DNA of 64,000 bases, taken from Bacteroidales bacterium (GTDB taxonomy: Bacteria; Bacteroidota; Bacteroidia; Bacteroidales; ML635J-15). This document shows, piece by piece, positions 62,185 through 64,000 of the stretch. Within the stretch, counting starts at the first letter, position 1. Each line of letters opens with the position of its first letter. The translations under genes and the position numbers were made by a program. The stretch lies in contig JAFZRE010000033.1 of the NCBI GenBank assembly GCA_017620015.1, positions 146,530 through 210,529 of the forward strand, given 5' to 3'. The notes beneath the pieces are model-generated. The model was not told the origin of the DNA. It saw only the letters and a list, made by a program, of their open reading frames with translations, and ran no database searches.

Positions 62185-63576
62185 TTAAATGTGAATCACT
62201 TCGTTGTGTGCTGCGGCTGCGGCTTCCATGATGGCTTCCGATAGGCTCGGATGCGGATGTATGGTCTTTATGAGCTGCTTTGCCTTGCCATTCAACTTCT
62301 TGAATGCTGACATCTCGGCAATCATTTCGGCAATGTTGTCACCAATGAAGTGTGCGCCAAGCAGTTCATCGCTGTTAGCATCGAAAAGAAGCTTTACAAA
62401 ACCGTCCCTGTTGCCAGCTGCCATTGCCTTGCCCGATGCGGTGAACGGGAACTTGCCGACCTTGTACTCGATGCCCTTGTCCTGCAGTTGCTTTTCGGTA
62501 AAGCCGACCGATGCAACTTCTGGAGTCGTGTAAACGCACGACGGAATATAGTCGTAGTCAATCTTTTCGACATCAAGGCCTGCAATCTTTTCAACACAGC
62601 AGATACCTTCAGCCGATGCGACATGCGCCAATGCCGGTCCGTGAACGATGTCACCTATTGCATAAACGCCTCCGCATGAAGTGCGGTAGTAGTCGTCAAC
62701 AACAACCTTGCCACGCTCGGTTGCAATGCCAAGTTCTTCAAGGCCAAGGTTTTCGATGTTGGTAACAACGCCAACTGCCGACAGAACCTTTTCGCATTCG
62801 ATCGAATTTTCGCCCTTCTTGTCGGTGTATTTAACCAAGCACTTTCCATCTTGGATTTCAACGCTTTGTACGGCTGTGCCAATCATAACCTTTATGCCCA
62901 TCTTCTTGAACGAACGTGCAAGTTGCTTCGAAACTTCCTCGTCCTCGAGCGGAACTATTTCGGGAAGGAATTCGATTATTGTAACCTGGCAACCCATTGA
63001 GTGGTAGAAAAATGCAAGTTCGGAACCTATTGCACCTGAACCAACCACAACCATTGATTCGGGAAGTTTCGGCAAGGTAAGAGCCTCGCGGTATCCGATG
63101 ATGTTTACGCCGTCCTGTGGAATGTTTGGCATAACCTTCGAACGAGCACCCGTTGCAAGGATTATATGGCTGGCTGTTAGATTCTCTACGCTTCCATCTT
63201 CCTTTGTTACAGCGAGTTTGTGTGGCTCAACAAGTTTTCCTGTACCGTTGATAACGGTAATGTTGTTTTTCTTGAAAAGGAACTCGATTCCCTTGCTCAT
63301 TCCAGCGGCAACTTCGCGGCTACGTGCGATAACCTTTTCGAAATTAGGTTTTGCAGTTCCTTCGAGTTCGATGCCGTAGTTTTCGGAGTGCTTCATGTAG
63401 TTGTAAACTTGTGCCGACTTCAGCAAAGCTTTGGTAGGAATGCAACCCCAGTTAAGACAAATGCCACCGAGTTGTGCGCGTTCAACAACAGCAACTTTCA
63501 TTCCGAGCTGTGATGCCCTTATGGCAGCTACGTATCCACCGGGACCGCTGCCCAATACTATAAGATCAAAATCCAT
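62185..63576 (-). CDS. lpdA: Dihydrolipoyl dehydrogenase
   Basis: VLGSGPGGY, redox-active CLNWGCIPTK, C-terminal HPHPSLSE. Confidence 0.9.
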   Translation of the reverse strand: MDFDLIVLGSGPGGYVAAIRASQLGMKVAVVERAQLGGICLNWGCIPTKALLKSAQVYNYMKHSENYGIELEGTAKPNFEKVIARSREVAAGMSKGIEFLFKKNNITVINGTGKLVEPHKLAVTKEDGSVENLTASHIILATGARSKVMPNIPQDGVNIIGYREALTLPKLPESMVVVGSGAIGSELAFFYHSMGCQVTIIEFLPEIVPLEDEEVSKQLARSFKKMGIKVMIGTAVQSVEIQDGKCLVKYTDKKGENSIECEKVLSAVGVVTNIENLGLEELGIATERGKVVVDDYYRTSCGGVYAIGDIVHGPALAHVASAEGICCVEKIAGLDVEKIDYDYIPSCVYTTPEVASVGFTEKQLQDKGIEYKVGKFPFTASGKAMAAGNRDGFVKLLFDANSDELLGAHFIGDNIAEMIAEMSAFKKLNGKAKQLIKTIHPHPSLSEAIMEAAAAAHNEVIHI

Positions 63577-63603
63577 GTCGTTTTACTATTAAAAATTGTT
63601 GTG

Positions 63604-63611
63604 CAAAGTTA
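63604..63611 (-). promoter_or_regulatory. Candidate -7 box for lpdA
   Basis: TAACTTTG on the minus strand, ending 27 nt before the start codon. Confidence 0.35.
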
Positions 63612-63666
63612 TTGCTTTTTTTGATAACGAGTGAAAATTATGCGGATTGTTTTTGTCCGAAAAAGT

Positions 63667-63696
63667 TTTGTATAAGCGACTTTTTTATTAAGTTTG
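63667..63696 (+). promoter_or_regulatory. Candidate promoter for the last CDS
   Basis: TTTG (63667-63670) lies 18 nt upstream of TAAGTTTG (63689-63696). The ATG is at 63721. Confidence 0.4.
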
Positions 63697-63720
63697 CAAT
63701 TTGTTCAATAAATATTTGTT

Positions 63721-64000
63721 ATGGCTGATTTATCGAAACTGAATAAGGAACAGAAAAAAATAATTGCGGACTTGCATAGTCCCGACGAAGATATAGTTGT
63801 TGACACTTTGTACAGGATTCGTGAGGTTGGCGACGAGTACTGCATCGACCCGATGATAGAAGTGTTCTTTACAACGCCGTTTGCCAATGTTCGCACGGAA
63901 ATTGGTCGCGTATTCCTCGACCTCAAGAGCGCAAAGGTGTCGAAGCAAATTCTAGAAAGTCTTTCGGGATATATGAACCACGAACTTATAGGAGAATTTA
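63721..64000 (+). CDS. 5' part of a hypothetical protein running off the window
   Basis: ATG 63721 is followed by an open frame to the end of the window (MADLSKLNKEQKKIIADLHSPDEDIVVDTLYRIREVGDEY...). Absent from the ORF track because it has no stop. Confidence 0.5.
   Translation, partial: MADLSKLNKEQKKIIADLHSPDEDIVVDTLYRIREVGDEYCIDPMIEVFFTTPFANVRTEIGRVFLDLKSAKVSKQILESLSGYMNHELIGEF

Overview
This 64-kb window looks like a Bacteroidales (Prevotella/Bacteroides-type) chromosome segment. The evidence is a complete nqrABCDEF operon, batD/batE, a MurF-Alr fusion, FISUMP lipoproteins and TAnnTTTG -7 boxes upstream of many genes. Most of it is housekeeping: tdh-like, mutS, an MBOAT pair, cobB, nqr, dnaG, ispE, rsgA, recX, tdk, murF-alr and lpdA. 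I found no rRNA, tRNA, CRISPR array, transposase or integrase.

The accessory or unusual content is:
1. A tightly coupled four-gene unit at 40.8-43.4 kb: LOG, a dGTPase-family HD hydrolase, a SiaB-like GHKL kinase and a SiaC-like DUF1987 protein. This is my best candidate for an undescribed system.
2. A visibly AT-rich HepT/MNT plus type III R-M island at 22.9-27.7 kb. It is bracketed by inverted arrays of one degenerate repeat family and abuts an orphan kamE-like gene.
3. A FeoAB-like transporter in which every GTP-binding motif of the G domain is degenerate.
4. A ~175-nt element present twice (264-438 and 47890-48062). Its differences are compensatory across a hairpin, so it is structured rather than coding.
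5. A unidirectional array at 46.5-54.3 kb: a TPR-AraC regulator, two paralogous secreted proteins, three FISUMP lipoproteins and one more lipoprotein, built from cassette-like units.
6. Several dispersed hairpin and palindrome repeat families and two short tandem-repeat arrays.

CDS coordinates come from the ORF track, with starts refined by eye. Coordinates of non-ORF features were anchored to neighbouring ORF frames and may be off by 1-2 nt. No database search, GC calculation or folding was run. All family calls rest on motifs read in the translations.
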